64,000 bases of DNA, taken from positions 62,001 through 126,000 of the forward strand of contig NW_020843503.1 in the NCBI RefSeq assembly GCF_003704095.1. The letters are read 5' to 3'. Made by a program: the position numbers and the translations under genes. A model generated the notes under the pieces. The model was not told the origin of the DNA. It did not search any database and was given only the letters and a program-made list of their open reading frames with translations. The DNA comes from Pocillopora damicornis. Lineage: Eukaryota. Of the stretch, positions 12,281 through 23,408 are shown piece after piece (within the stretch, counting starts at the first letter, position 1; the number at the start of each line of letters is the position of its first letter).

Positions 12281-15200
12281 AAGTAGGCTTCTTACCACCG
12301 TCAGACCTAAATATCGATTGGGAATTGGTCAATAGGCTACCTAAAATCCAGACAGAAGCGGAGTTTTCTATACAATTGTCTGAACACTTTGATGGCCTCC
12401 TGCCGTCTGGTGGGACGCGTAATTATGCACATGGTGGTAAAGGACCCTTCCGCACAAGCTACTAGACGCTGACAAAACTTGAAAACTCACCAAAAATCAC
12501 ATTAAAATTTGTCCTTGCTAAATGTCATCACCCCACGCTGAACACCTTTACATAAGAGGGCGGGGTTGCGTGTCGGGAATTTCGATAACGACCCCTATAA
12601 AATTATAAATGGTACCTGAGTCTTATCTGTGTGGGAGTGACAACGATCGATGTCTACCCTAAAAAGTACCAATTCAAAAGCAAAAAATTGAAAAATTCCA
12701 AAAATAAAAACACCTTGATCGATATGCTCTAGAGGCTCAAGTCAGTTCATTAAAATCGTCCTAGTAATGCTTATGTCAGGTATTTTGTTGAGCTAAAAAC
12801 GCCCCAAAACGTACCAGCTAGGTCTTAGGTAGTCAACTAAAGTTTGAGACACCGTGAAAGGTACGAGATCGCTGATTTTGACCCTAATCAATTGTTGCGT
12901 GACTAGCTTATAAATTAAATGGGGGAGGGTAAAACGCAACGCAAAACCTAGGCTCCTGTCAAAAAGTAATACCCAGGCGTAATATAGTAATCGAGACAGC
13001 TAATAAAACCATAAATAAACAAGGTAAGAGTGTTATGCCAGATTTTTTTACAAATTGTTGTAATTTATGCCAGTAAACGGTGGCGACAAATAGGCACACC
13101 ATGTATATTTCATAGTCGCTAGAAAGTGAATTTTGCCGGACTTTGAGTTCGCCTCAAGATAGAACAACACAAATACACAAGGAAATGTTTACAGAAACTT
13201 TTTAACCATCCTTTTGTCTGTTAAAAGCTTGAAGCTCAGTAAATTCTGTCATATCGGTCATTGTTAAAACTGTCTTTTTTTTATGTTGCTTTTCGACATA
13301 GGAAAAGTATGTCGGACAAAAATATTCACCCAAAAAATAAATATTTCTTTGCCAACTTTAATAATGACAGGGGATTAAGTTTAGAAGATAAAACAAAGGA
13401 TTATGTTGACAGAAATACCGGAGGTCAAGTATATTCGTCACATGATGTCACACAGCGCGGGTAATATTCACGATGAAAATTTGCATGTTTAAGCGGTCGA
13501 ACGAAAAAAATCATTTCTCCATAACTGAAATATATTTTCACACACACAAAAACACTACACCGTAATTATAAGTATATATTGGGCTTCAAAATATGAAAAG
13601 TAGGAGTGAAATCGAATTTTTGGGCGACTAGGAAGTAGGAAGTTCCACCTTTGTAAAGTTAAATGTTCAGAATGATCGTCTAATAAGCTGTGCTGCTAAA
13701 ATCATTGCATCGAGTAAAAGTGTTATTGTGAATGTTATAACCCCTTTCCTGATTACGACGCTTCGAATGATTTCTGGTTGAACAAACTCGCCACGGAATT
13801 GTAGGAAAAGTATTACCGTTGTCAAATCATTTTTCATTAGTACATGCCTGTGTTACTCAGACCCAGACTGTGTATTTACAATTTACTGATAAAATGATTT
13901 ATACCTTTAACTCACCATTTATGAAGGAATTTAACTCCAAATCTTCGGTGAAAACGATCTAAAAGCGTCGTTGTTGAAACGAGTTAAACCACCAATAAAC
14001 TTGAAACAAAATCCGACTCTGATATTAATTTGCAAAAACAACAAGCCAATCATGGAAGGTTAGCTAAGTGAACTCCTTAAGTGAAATTCCCTGGCTTGGC
14101 ACTCGATGAGAAACTCAAATAAATTTGACTTTCTCCCTAATTTCACGATGCAAGTTATACAATTAGCTCTTAACAGAGTGCTCAAGCACAGTAATCTTTG
14201 CATTATACTCACACTTATCTATTGTTTTGCCACACACCTGCTGTCTAAAATGACATTTCCATCTTCCTCCCGACATAACCACCTGTGTCGTTAACCTGTC
14301 TGTCTCTGGCAGCCAACTTAATTCGTTTTCTTCTGGGCATAATTTCAGCCCTGAGGCAGTAACTGATGATCCCTTTACTCAAAAACAAGATTGACGACCA
14401 GAAACTTGGTCGTAGGGTTTACGCAACTAAAGATGGATAAGCAAGATTGTCTTTCACCTCAATTCCAGATATTCGTGTTTCAAATATAGGTCTTCTATTA
14501 ACGTAGTCATAGCCTTGAGTGACGTTTCGTCCCTGCCAAGCGATAATTTTTGTCTATATTCGCGCCCTTATTCCTCACTCTGTGTTGCGATGAACATAGA
14601 TAATTATGTAGGCTCAGGAATTAAGTAGATAAAGCTTCTCCTTGCAAAAGTACGTTCTCAAGTTCATAACGTACACACTGTGTCACGCACTCGAGTACTG
14701 AGTCAAGAAAAGATTTCAATTCAGTGTCGAATGTAGTCCATGATTAGTTGAGTTTTGCTTTTCTCGGATCCTTAAATGATTAAGAAAAGTCTCGACACCC
14801 TGTCAGCCGATTGGATAGAAGACTCCAAAAGCACAATGAAACAATCGCGACTTCCCCTCTTTTGCGTTTTCCCGTATCTTTGGCCGATTGGTAAAATTTT
14901 CCTTATTAGCTGATTGGCCTTTGTGACTACTTCGATTGAATGCATTATGAAATTACCAATAATCATTTTGTTGACACATGAGCAAACAGGAGCCAATAAA
15001 ATAAATATATACTAATAATAACTAGCAATTTTTTTAAGGAGCATCGTGAGCAAATAAGTCAATTAAGTTTACCCACAGAAACTGGTCAAACATATTATTG
15101 AATATGTTATACTCATATGATGTTATATGTTATATAACATATTATTATATTGTTATATAACATATTATTATATTGTTAAACATTTAACTCATTTTGAATA

Positions 15201-15496
15201 AGGAAATGAATCTTAGCAAAACGATATGAACACTGGGTTCAACTTTTTCAAGTTAACGATCGGGTACATTCCCAAATAGAACCGTGCGGAAGGTTACCTA
15301 GTCAGATTGATTATTATGGATACTTGACACATCTTCTTCTCCTTCGTACACAGTCAGTGCAGCTCCTCTTACTTGGACTTCAGAGGTTCCTTATCATCGC
15401 GTTTTCCCTTTTTCTCACTAGATGGACTCCTGTGTATTCTAAACTAAGACGAGTGATTGCATTCAACCAAAATTTGCTAACCAGTGTTATTGTGAA

Positions 15497-18061
15497 TTAC
15501 TGTGATATCTCCTTTTGGAGCCCATAATTTTCCAATTCTATAAATGTATTTTCGGCCTCTTCCTTATCAGGAATGTCGCATTTGTCACTTCCAACGTGGT
15601 TCTTCTTTTTTCGAGGGACACATGTGGAGCACCGAGGCCGCAATCTCCTTTCTTCCAGAACCTTCACGATGGAGTCCAGTACACTTGACACGATGCAGAG
15701 GCCAATCAAAGTTGAGGTATAATAAGCGATGCCGATAAAGAACATAGAAGGTGTGTTAAGTGATTCGTTGCTAGGAGAATTTTTGGAGTTCAAAGAGGGG
15801 GTGGCCATTTCTTGTCTGTGTGGTATGTAGTCACCGAAGCCAATCGTAGTAAAGGTTACAAACCAGAAATAAATTCCTTCAACGTATGTCCAACTAATTA
15901 CGATGTTAAGCATTATTGTGTAGGACAGTAGTATCATTATCATTATAGAAAACAGTATTATGGCACTCTTTGTTTTAATGTGTTTTGGTTCCTCTCTTTT
16001 CTGTAGTCTCTTTTCCACCTTCGTGACGATCGTTTCAACGCTCCTTGAAATAAGTTCTCCAATAGATTTTAACATGAGCAAAGTCATTGGAATCCCGATG
16101 AAACAGACAAAAATACACAGCACCTGACCAGAGGGTGTTTGAGGAGTGATGTATCCGTATCCTGAAGAATGAAATTAGAACGAAATTCGAGCATTAACCC
16201 TTTGCACCCTAACATCAGTATCCATATTCTCCATACTGTTCTTTATACATTTCCTAAGGTGCTGACAAGGAGAATTTGCATACCAATAAAAATTCATTTC
16301 CTATATTTTCATAACCTCATCGTGTGATTCAGAGGTGATAATGTAGGGAAATATTTGATGCCAGTCACTCTTAGGGTTTAAAGGATTAAGACTTCAGACT
16401 TAAAGATAATATATAGATTTAGCCAAACCTAAAAGAGGAGCTCGCATTTTTTTCTCCGCACGTCTAAAGGGCACAACGCCTTGCCCCGGCCAGGACTAGA
16501 ACCCGGGTCGTCCGACTCGGAGCCCAGTGCACTAACCACTGGACTACTGGACAAAGCCGTGGCGTTGGCGTGCCCGCGGTACAGTTGACCACGCATGTTA
16601 AAAGTAGCACCTTGTACGGTCGTACATCCAAATTTTTTCGGCTCGATGGGTTACTACTATTTTGTATAATTATGGGGCTACGCTCTGCGAGCTCCGCTAT
16701 AATACTGAAACTGCTGCTTACTTGGTGAAGCATTTTTTGTCAACATGCGTACTAAGAAGTTGAAAATGCATTACTGAAATGTTTTTCAAGCTGCCATCAG
16801 TTATGTGGTGGAATGATGGATGCTGATTCAAAGAATTCTAAGTTAATGTTCTTGAGTTGTGTTTCGAGGATTTGAATTCTATTTTTTTTTAACAGCTTAG
16901 ACTTCGTTACACGATACCAAAACTAGCGTAGTATACCATACCCTCGGTTACGATGATTTGAGTTACCTGGACTTCTAGTTTGTTTATGTAGTAATTATTT
17001 GAATCACTTCACAATATGATAACTAAACAGTCGTTGGATATAAGGTTTATAAACTTCTTTTTTTTTAACAAATTTACCAAAGTGCACCCTGACTCACTCC
17101 TATAAACTTCACTTGTGCTTCGTGTAATTAAACCATCTTTATCACAGGAGCCAGTGACTATATTTCTTTGGAAGATTGAAATCCACCAAGACAGCAATGA
17201 AATTATTTCCATTTAGCTAAGCGCACATGAAAATCAGGTCGAACTGAAACCGGCAGAAGTGTAGTCCAATACCGCACTGTGGTTTTCATTGTTTCAACCT
17301 CTTAGAGTTACCATTATTAATTCAATTATTAACAAAGTTAATACAGTATGTGGGAAATGTGTCTCCAACTTTTTTGTAAGAAAAATAGAAAATTTATAGA
17401 AACAATTTTGTCAAATCTTGGCTGTTAATGCTTCCAATTTTCATGTCAATATTTGAATCAAGTCATTGAAAGGGTGGCAGCGAAGTTACAGAGTACATCG
17501 CTCACCGAAATTGTTTCAAACCTATTTTCACTGAAAGATATTCAGTTATTAAGTTATATGGGTAATAACTGACTTAAAATGATATTCTTTCGTTACGGTA
17601 TTTCGAATAAAAAAAAACTGAGATAAATTTCACCTGAAAAGCCCGCATTAATATTCAAATATCATTTGGGAATCTGGGGTTTAGATAAATTAGAAAGCTA
17701 CCAGATAACGTGCTTCTCTTTCATAGGTCTATTTAGGTAAGGAAATGTAAAATGTATTTCATGTGGCCTTACCAATTGTAGTTAACGCTTGGAAAACGAA
17801 GTCAAATGAAGCCACGTAGGTCCATTCTGGTTTGGGCTCACTCAATGCCTCGTGCGCTTGTTTGGTAAAGTTATCAAACTCCTCCGTACTGACGTTACAT
17901 TTGGAGTTCATGAAAACGTACAAAGAGACTAACAACCGATACTTTTCTTCAGCTTCATTTTTTTCTGTGTACTCCACTTCATGGAACACCCACGCACTTA
18001 ATAAGATCCACAGTAGGAAGCCAGCAGCTCGAAGAAGAACTAATTTTGTCAACATATCCAT
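15497..18061 (-). CDS. K2P/KCNK-family potassium channel, copy 3 (2 exons, ~317 aa)
   Basis: Exon 1 18061-17773 (MDMLTKLVLLR...ALTTIG, donor GTAAG); exon 2 16161-15497 (acceptor TTCAG, GYGYITPQT...TTIGFGD). Confidence 0.93.
16198..16385. mobile_element. piggyBac-type MITE with TTAA target-site duplication, in the K2P copy-3 intron
   Basis: TTAA(16194-16197)-ccctttgcaccctaa...ttagggtttaaagga-TTAA(16386-16389); imperfect TIRs starting CCC. Confidence 0.8.
16411..16702. mobile_element. Short non-autonomous element with subterminal inverted repeats carrying a tRNA-derived (Pol III A/B box) segment
   Basis: Perfect inverted pair ggagctcgca (16437-16446) / tgcgagctcc (16686-16695). On the minus strand there is an A box TAGTCCAGTGG (16546-16536) and a B box GGTTCTAGTCC (16503-16493). 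CpG-rich relative to its flanks. Confidence 0.65.
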
Positions 18062-20430
18062 CCTCAGGAAAATTGCCTCTTATTAGCTGCTTTCTTGTTT
18101 TGAATTTTGAGAGGAGTATTTCGACCACAAAGAAGGATACACGTAGCGCTGAAATTTAGGAAAATATCGAAAGTAGAATGCACTAGTCAAACATGTAGCA
18201 GCAGTACTGGAAACACGAAGGCACTGTCGGCCAACGGCTATTTTTTTGGAATAGTTTATGACCTCCGTTTCAAGCCCTACCTATGCTCAATTCCATGAAC
18301 ACGGAATATTTTAAAACTTGTCAAACCTTCGTAACACTGCTGTATCTATTTCAGTTCAAGAGCATAATGCATATGTACTCTGTAAATTGAACTAACCAAA
18401 ATTTGAGCACAAGAGGAGGTTTCAAAACTCTTAAAAAGCTAATATGCCAATATTCAAACTACTGAGTACCATTACCTTCTTTGGTGGTTTTAAAAACTTA
18501 CTTGATTTCCTATTCATAAATGAACTACATCCAACTGGCATTCAGCGTAATCCGTATAAAGAAGCTGTTGTTCTTCACTTGGTAACATGATATATAGAAA
18601 ACGAAGTAAAATGATGGTGGTTGAAATATTACGCTTTCAATCCGTGGAATTCAGTATGCCTTTCATTGCTCTGCAAGACAGATCTTTTGTTTGGTAGTCT
18701 CCTGTCTCTGGTCGAATTAATCATTTATCGCCTCGAACCTGTCGGTGAAATTACGAGACCTTTGCATCAGACTGCAAATGTATGGCCACTGTATAGCATT
18801 TGATTGGTTGGAATCACTTAGCTTGTGTTACCCTAAAATGCATAAGTCCCAACTTTTGACAGGAATAACAGTGATGGTAAAGCAAGCTTAAAACAGCAGA
18901 AATCGCCAACACCGAGTCACACAACGCGTGACGCATTCATGAATAATCGTTGGCTTTTTCTCGAGACGTGAGCTTGGGCCGCCTGTGATTAGACCGCGGG
19001 ATTTCCCAAATCAATGTAATCCAATGATTTGAACTTACGAGAGTACCTTGCAGGCGTAATGAAAGGACTTTTTGCGCTTTTATAATATGTTAGTTTTAAC
19101 TCAAGATTTTCGCTTTTTCAAATTTCGTCTTGTTATAAGCTACGAGTCTTAAATAATGTAAAATCCCAAATTTTATGCCTAAAACTATGAACTTACTGAG
19201 GGCAGTGATGTTGATGTCAGCCAGCAATCTGATTAACCACAACATTAATAGTAACTGCTATGGGGTAGAAACCCCACTGAAAAATTAAAACTGGCGGACT
19301 AAGGATTGTCGTACAAGGAAAACGTTTTAGGAATATTAGTTGCGATGATGAGTTGCTTATTTTATTTGGGTATCAAGTAAAGCACTTATCATAAGTGGAT
19401 CAGTTTCCTGTGGAAACTGGCAAGCAAATATTGTTTTGATTACCCTGAATGAGTCAGGTAATACACGATGACATACCCATGAGAAGAAATACGATGCAAG
19501 TATCAAACCACAAACTCACATTCAGTATCCTCAACTGTATTCAAAGTAATTCAAAGAAAGCTTTTATCGAGTCTAATCTTGAGCTTTCCTTTAGCTTTTC
19601 CAACAAATTTAAGAGCTTTAATTTTAGTTATTACCCATTGTTAACACCTACGTGTTTTCTTCAGGAGTTTGACTACGAAAATTTAGAGGATCTTTGAAGG
19701 TATTCTACCTTGAAAAGTCAATTTTTATTGAATCTGATTATGACAACCATGCTTCACAAGTAGACGATCGAAGGACATCAGTTATATCCTCACTTATGAT
19801 CTCTTGGTCATACACATCTTGACTCACTGTACTATTCCTGTCTGAAGGGGAATTTATTGAGTCAAAACAGAGAAACACCTGCTAACATGACATAAGTCTG
19901 CCAGCAGCCTTAACGGCATACCATTAATGTTTCAGTGTACCAGTCTACAGTAGGAAAGTGGTTAAAACTTGCCTTCATATGTGTCTTATTAGGAAGAGAT
20001 CCCGTGAGAAAAGGGATCATTTTGAGGATCAAATTATACACCTTAAAGAGTGTCGAAATATTTATTATTCGTTACATTTCCATTCATTATTGAACATCAC
20101 CAGTCGCTTCAAGCTGGCGGGTGTCCTCGATCGAGTTGCTTAGGTCACAGCATGCAATAAGCTTCCTGAGGTTCGTTGCATAACCAACACAAGAAGATGA
20201 GAAAAAATCAAATAGGTAGTAACAAAAACCATATTACACAAACTGTGCTGAGGTGTGAAGGGATGCCGCCTTTATACTACCGTTGGATTCATAAACAATT
20301 TTAAATTTGAGGTGCAATAGCTGAATTGCATTTAGGTAATTTCCTCGGTTGACTGACAATCGTCAAATCAGAACGTTTCATTGGTGACACTTGACAAAGA
20401 TGTTCTAAGAAAAGCAACCTGTCTCGACTT

Positions 20431-20811
20431 ATGGAGGGCACAAGGGATCTATCTCCGCAGAATTTCTCGAAATTACCCACAAACTGCTCCTTTTTTTTAC
20501 AGCTGATGGTTAAATTGTGATTCTTAACACTCTTCCCAAGTGCCAGGTATCTACACTTTCTGTAAAAAGCTTTTTTCACAATCTAGCTTTGGGAGATCTT
20601 CCCGCAAGTTTGTGGTTCTTCTTCTCTTTACAGCCTACTACATCATGATAATCTTGAAAATGCATGGAAAGGACTGTGTTATCGCTGTCACATACGAAAT
20701 AACATCAAGCTTCATTGAAGCGGTTTCCAACTGATCATGGTGGTAATTGCCGTCGATAGATAATTGGCTTTTCGTCGACGCTTGAGATACCGGCAGGTCG
20801 TAACACTCAGA
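20431..20811 (+). pseudogene. Class A GPCR pseudogene 1 (heavily decayed, truncated after TM3/ICL2)
   Basis: Starts atggaggg like the intact copy. Contains fragments ...PKCQ..., VVLLLFTAYYIMIILK...IAVTYEITSSFIEAVS and IAVDR*LAFRRRLRYRQVV, with frameshifts and a stop at the DRY tyrosine. Confidence 0.85.
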
Positions 20812-20844
20812 ATCACTCAAAATTATTGGGGTTACAGGTTTGAA

Positions 20845-21101
20845 GTGTGGATAATGATTTAGTCAAATGAACCAGTATCATGGTTACTTAATACATCTTC
20901 TCTTCCTTCGTACACAGTCCGTGAGGCTCCTTTTTACTTGGACTTTATATGTTGTCTATCCTTAAGTTTTCCGTTTTTTGTTACAAGATGAGCCCTAGCG
21001 CGTTTCAACTTAGCAGAATGATTGCACACAACCAATGATCATAATATCTCCTGCCGGGATCCATAATTTTCTAAGTCTATAAATGTATTATCGGCCTCTT
21101 C
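20845..21101 (-). pseudogene. Remnant of a further K2P paralogue (last codons plus 3' UTR only)
   Basis: Co-linear similarity to 15284-15562 (end of the copy-3 CDS and its 3' flank). Shared strings include ccttcgtacacagtc, ttacttggactt, ccataatttt and ctataaatgtatt.tcggcctcttc. The rest of the gene is absent. Confidence 0.8.
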
Positions 21102-22095
21102 AACGAGGAACGGTTTTTAACTCAAGAAGGTATTTGCCGTCAAGACTAACGCAGTTATTTTAATTGAATTTCCTAAGTAAATTTACTTATATCTTGATCT
21201 AGTAAGATCTCTAGATTTGTAAATATAATAGAGCTCTTCTTGTATCTCAGTTTAAATTCACTATTTCTCTATTCCAGGGTTATTTCCTCAGCTCATGGTG
21301 CTGACAGTAATTATTTACAGGAACATATTGAAAGCCACCACATTTAGTGGGCGCCCTGCCCAGGCTATGAATGTTGAAATGTCGCTGAGATTTTACGAAA
21401 ACTTAATCCAAGATAATAGAGGTGGGATTGTTGGCTTCTACTAATGTCATAAAAAATTTCAATCCTCGTTCATCATTTTCTAAAAAACACTTATCGATCA
21501 GGACGGGCAAAACTTCAACCAGCTGATTCTAAAAATGTAGCAGGAGACGTTTTACAATTGTGTCTTTGAAATGAAATTTAATTACATTTTCAGTCCAACG
21601 GTTCCTTGAGGGATGAAAAATTGATCGAAGTAGTTTTTTTGCCTTTTTACGGAATGACGTAATGCAGGAATGAATTAGTTTTTTCAACTAAAGCCTTCAG
21701 AACAGGGAATAAACAAGAAAACGGCACACGTATAATCAACTAAAGGGGCGTAAAAAGCCTAAATTTATCTCACTAACTCTCCGTGTTTCCACAATTCGTG
21801 GTTGTTTCTAAGAGGCAGATGTTTTTGCTCATGACTGCTATTAGTTTTTGAAATGCAAATTTTTAACATTCACTCGTCAATTTTTAACATTCACTCGTTA
21901 TTTCAACGAAGCAGCTTGCAAAGAGCAGTGAGAAAACGCTGAGCAGATTGTCCACAACTCTTACACGAACCACTGATTAAGACCTATCAAGAAAACGTTA
22001 GGTTCTTCATAATTCTCTTTAGCTTACTTTTTGAGATAAGCGAGGGAGCAAGGCTTTTTCCTCTTCTACTATATTTCATATCACCACTGCCTAGT

Positions 22096-22963
22096 CAATG
22101 CCATTCTGTACATTCTCCATCGAAAGTCTTATTATGTACTTTAGCTCTGGCAGTTCTGTTAGTTGGAGTGGTTGTCATTCCACTTCTTGTAACTAAAAAC
22201 ATTATGATTATTCTAGAAATACCTCAACATTTCTAACTGCTCTGGCAGATCTGTTTGTTGGAGTGGTTGTTATTCCACTTCTTGTAACTAAAATCATTGA
22301 TTATTCTATAAATACCTCAACATTTCTGTGATGCAGGTGGTTATTACATACGAGAGGATATCGACCTTCATTGGCGCTGTTTTGCTTGAGAACATAGCCA
22401 TCATCGCCGTTGATCGATATCTCGCTTTGCGTCTCCGCCTGAGATACCGACAAGTCATGAAACTTGGACGGGTTCTTTTAATTTTGGTTTTAGAATGGAT
22501 TATCGCAGCAATTTTTGCAGGTTCCAGGTTTCTAAATGGATCGATTAACTTACTTTCCGGGGCATTTGCTCTGTTTATTAATTTTTTCTTAATAGCTCTT
22601 TACTATATATGCATATATCGGAGTATTCGCCGACATTTTGCACAAATTCATCATCAGACTAACTCCACTGGAGAAGGGAGTGACTTCAATGTGGTTCAAT
22701 ACAAAAAAACTGTGAACAATTCCCTATGGATCTTTGGAGTCTTCGCTATGTGCTACGCACCATCCTTGTTAATGTCTGTTGTATTAGTTGTTAAAGGGCT
22801 TGATGATTCTACGCGTTTTGGGTTACAATTTGGGACCATAGCACTTTATTTCAATTCTATGCTAAATACGATTCTATATTGCTGGAAGATCAAAGAACTA
22901 AAAGATAGAGTTACTGTTCTCTTTCGAGCTTTATCCAACTTTCAATTCAACAGGATGCAGTGA
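22096..22963 (+). pseudogene. Class A GPCR pseudogene 2 (N-terminus/TM1 lost, TM2 duplicated)
   Basis: QCHSVHSPSKVLLCTLALA... ends in TAA at about 22234-22236. The TM2 segment is duplicated (22144-22234 / 22239-22327). An open frame 22328-22963 covers TM3 (DRY) to helix 8, with NPxxY altered to NTILY. Confidence 0.85.
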
Positions 22964-23332
22964 GGTGGAAAAGGTTTAACGATTTGTTACACTATATTGA
23001 ATGTGATATGCATCATCCATTTTTAACGTCCATCTGATTCTATGTTGCTGGAGAGAAAATAGATAATTGCCACTGTCAACAAAATTATGTACGGTAGGGT
23101 GACAAAGGTTTACATATTTCATTTAATCTAGAAGGCTGCATAATCTTCAGAAGAACAATTTTCAAGGAAAATGTTATTAGTGTTAAGGTTCTCTGTTTAC
23201 ACTTGGAAGGGGCACACGAAAGTAACGAAACTCTAAACTATCTGAGAGCAAACTGTGGCAAATTACAGCGAAGCAAATAGGTGTAAAACTTTAAAAAGTT
23301 TCTCAGAAAACAATATCATAACATGATGTAAA

Positions 23333-23408
23333 GTAGAGAAAAATGTTTTTTCGTCTTGTCACAAGCGCGAGACAAAGAAAAAATTCTGAGTCCCCTTGAG
23401 GAATCGAA
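23333..23408 (-). mobile_element. Fragment of a tRNA-derived SINE-like repeat
   Basis: The minus strand reads TTCGATTCCTCAAGGGGACTCAGAATTTTTTCTTTGTCTCGCGCTTGTGACAAGACGAAAAAAC: a partial B box followed by a small hairpin. Resembles a repeat I recall from coral genomes (not verified). Confidence 0.5.

Larger units (their letters stand above)
9185..13625. mobile_element. Decayed DNA transposon with long terminal inverted repeats (possibly Sola-like), containing nested insertions
   Basis: 9198-9267 (aaagttcgatttcactcctactttcatattttgtagcccaatat...) is the reverse complement of 13548-13620 (...atattgggcttcaaaatatgaaaagtaggagtgaaatcgaatttt). The left TIR is cut by the gap. A frameshifted Cys/His-rich coding remnant lies inside. 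The superfamily call is from recalled resemblance only. Confidence 0.55.

Noticed and set aside
14355-14400. Hammerhead ribozyme core (CTGATGA)
   Set aside because: No correctly spaced GAAA or flanking helices; other CTGANGA hits inspected also lacked the fold.
15120-15180. AT-rich 23-bp tandem repeat (and a 21-bp x2 repeat near 21860-21900)
   Set aside because: Ordinary slippage duplications with no sign of function.
16470-16550. tRNA gene on the minus strand
   Set aside because: A and B boxes are present, but there is no convincing acceptor stem and it is embedded in a repeat; treated as a SINE-type head.
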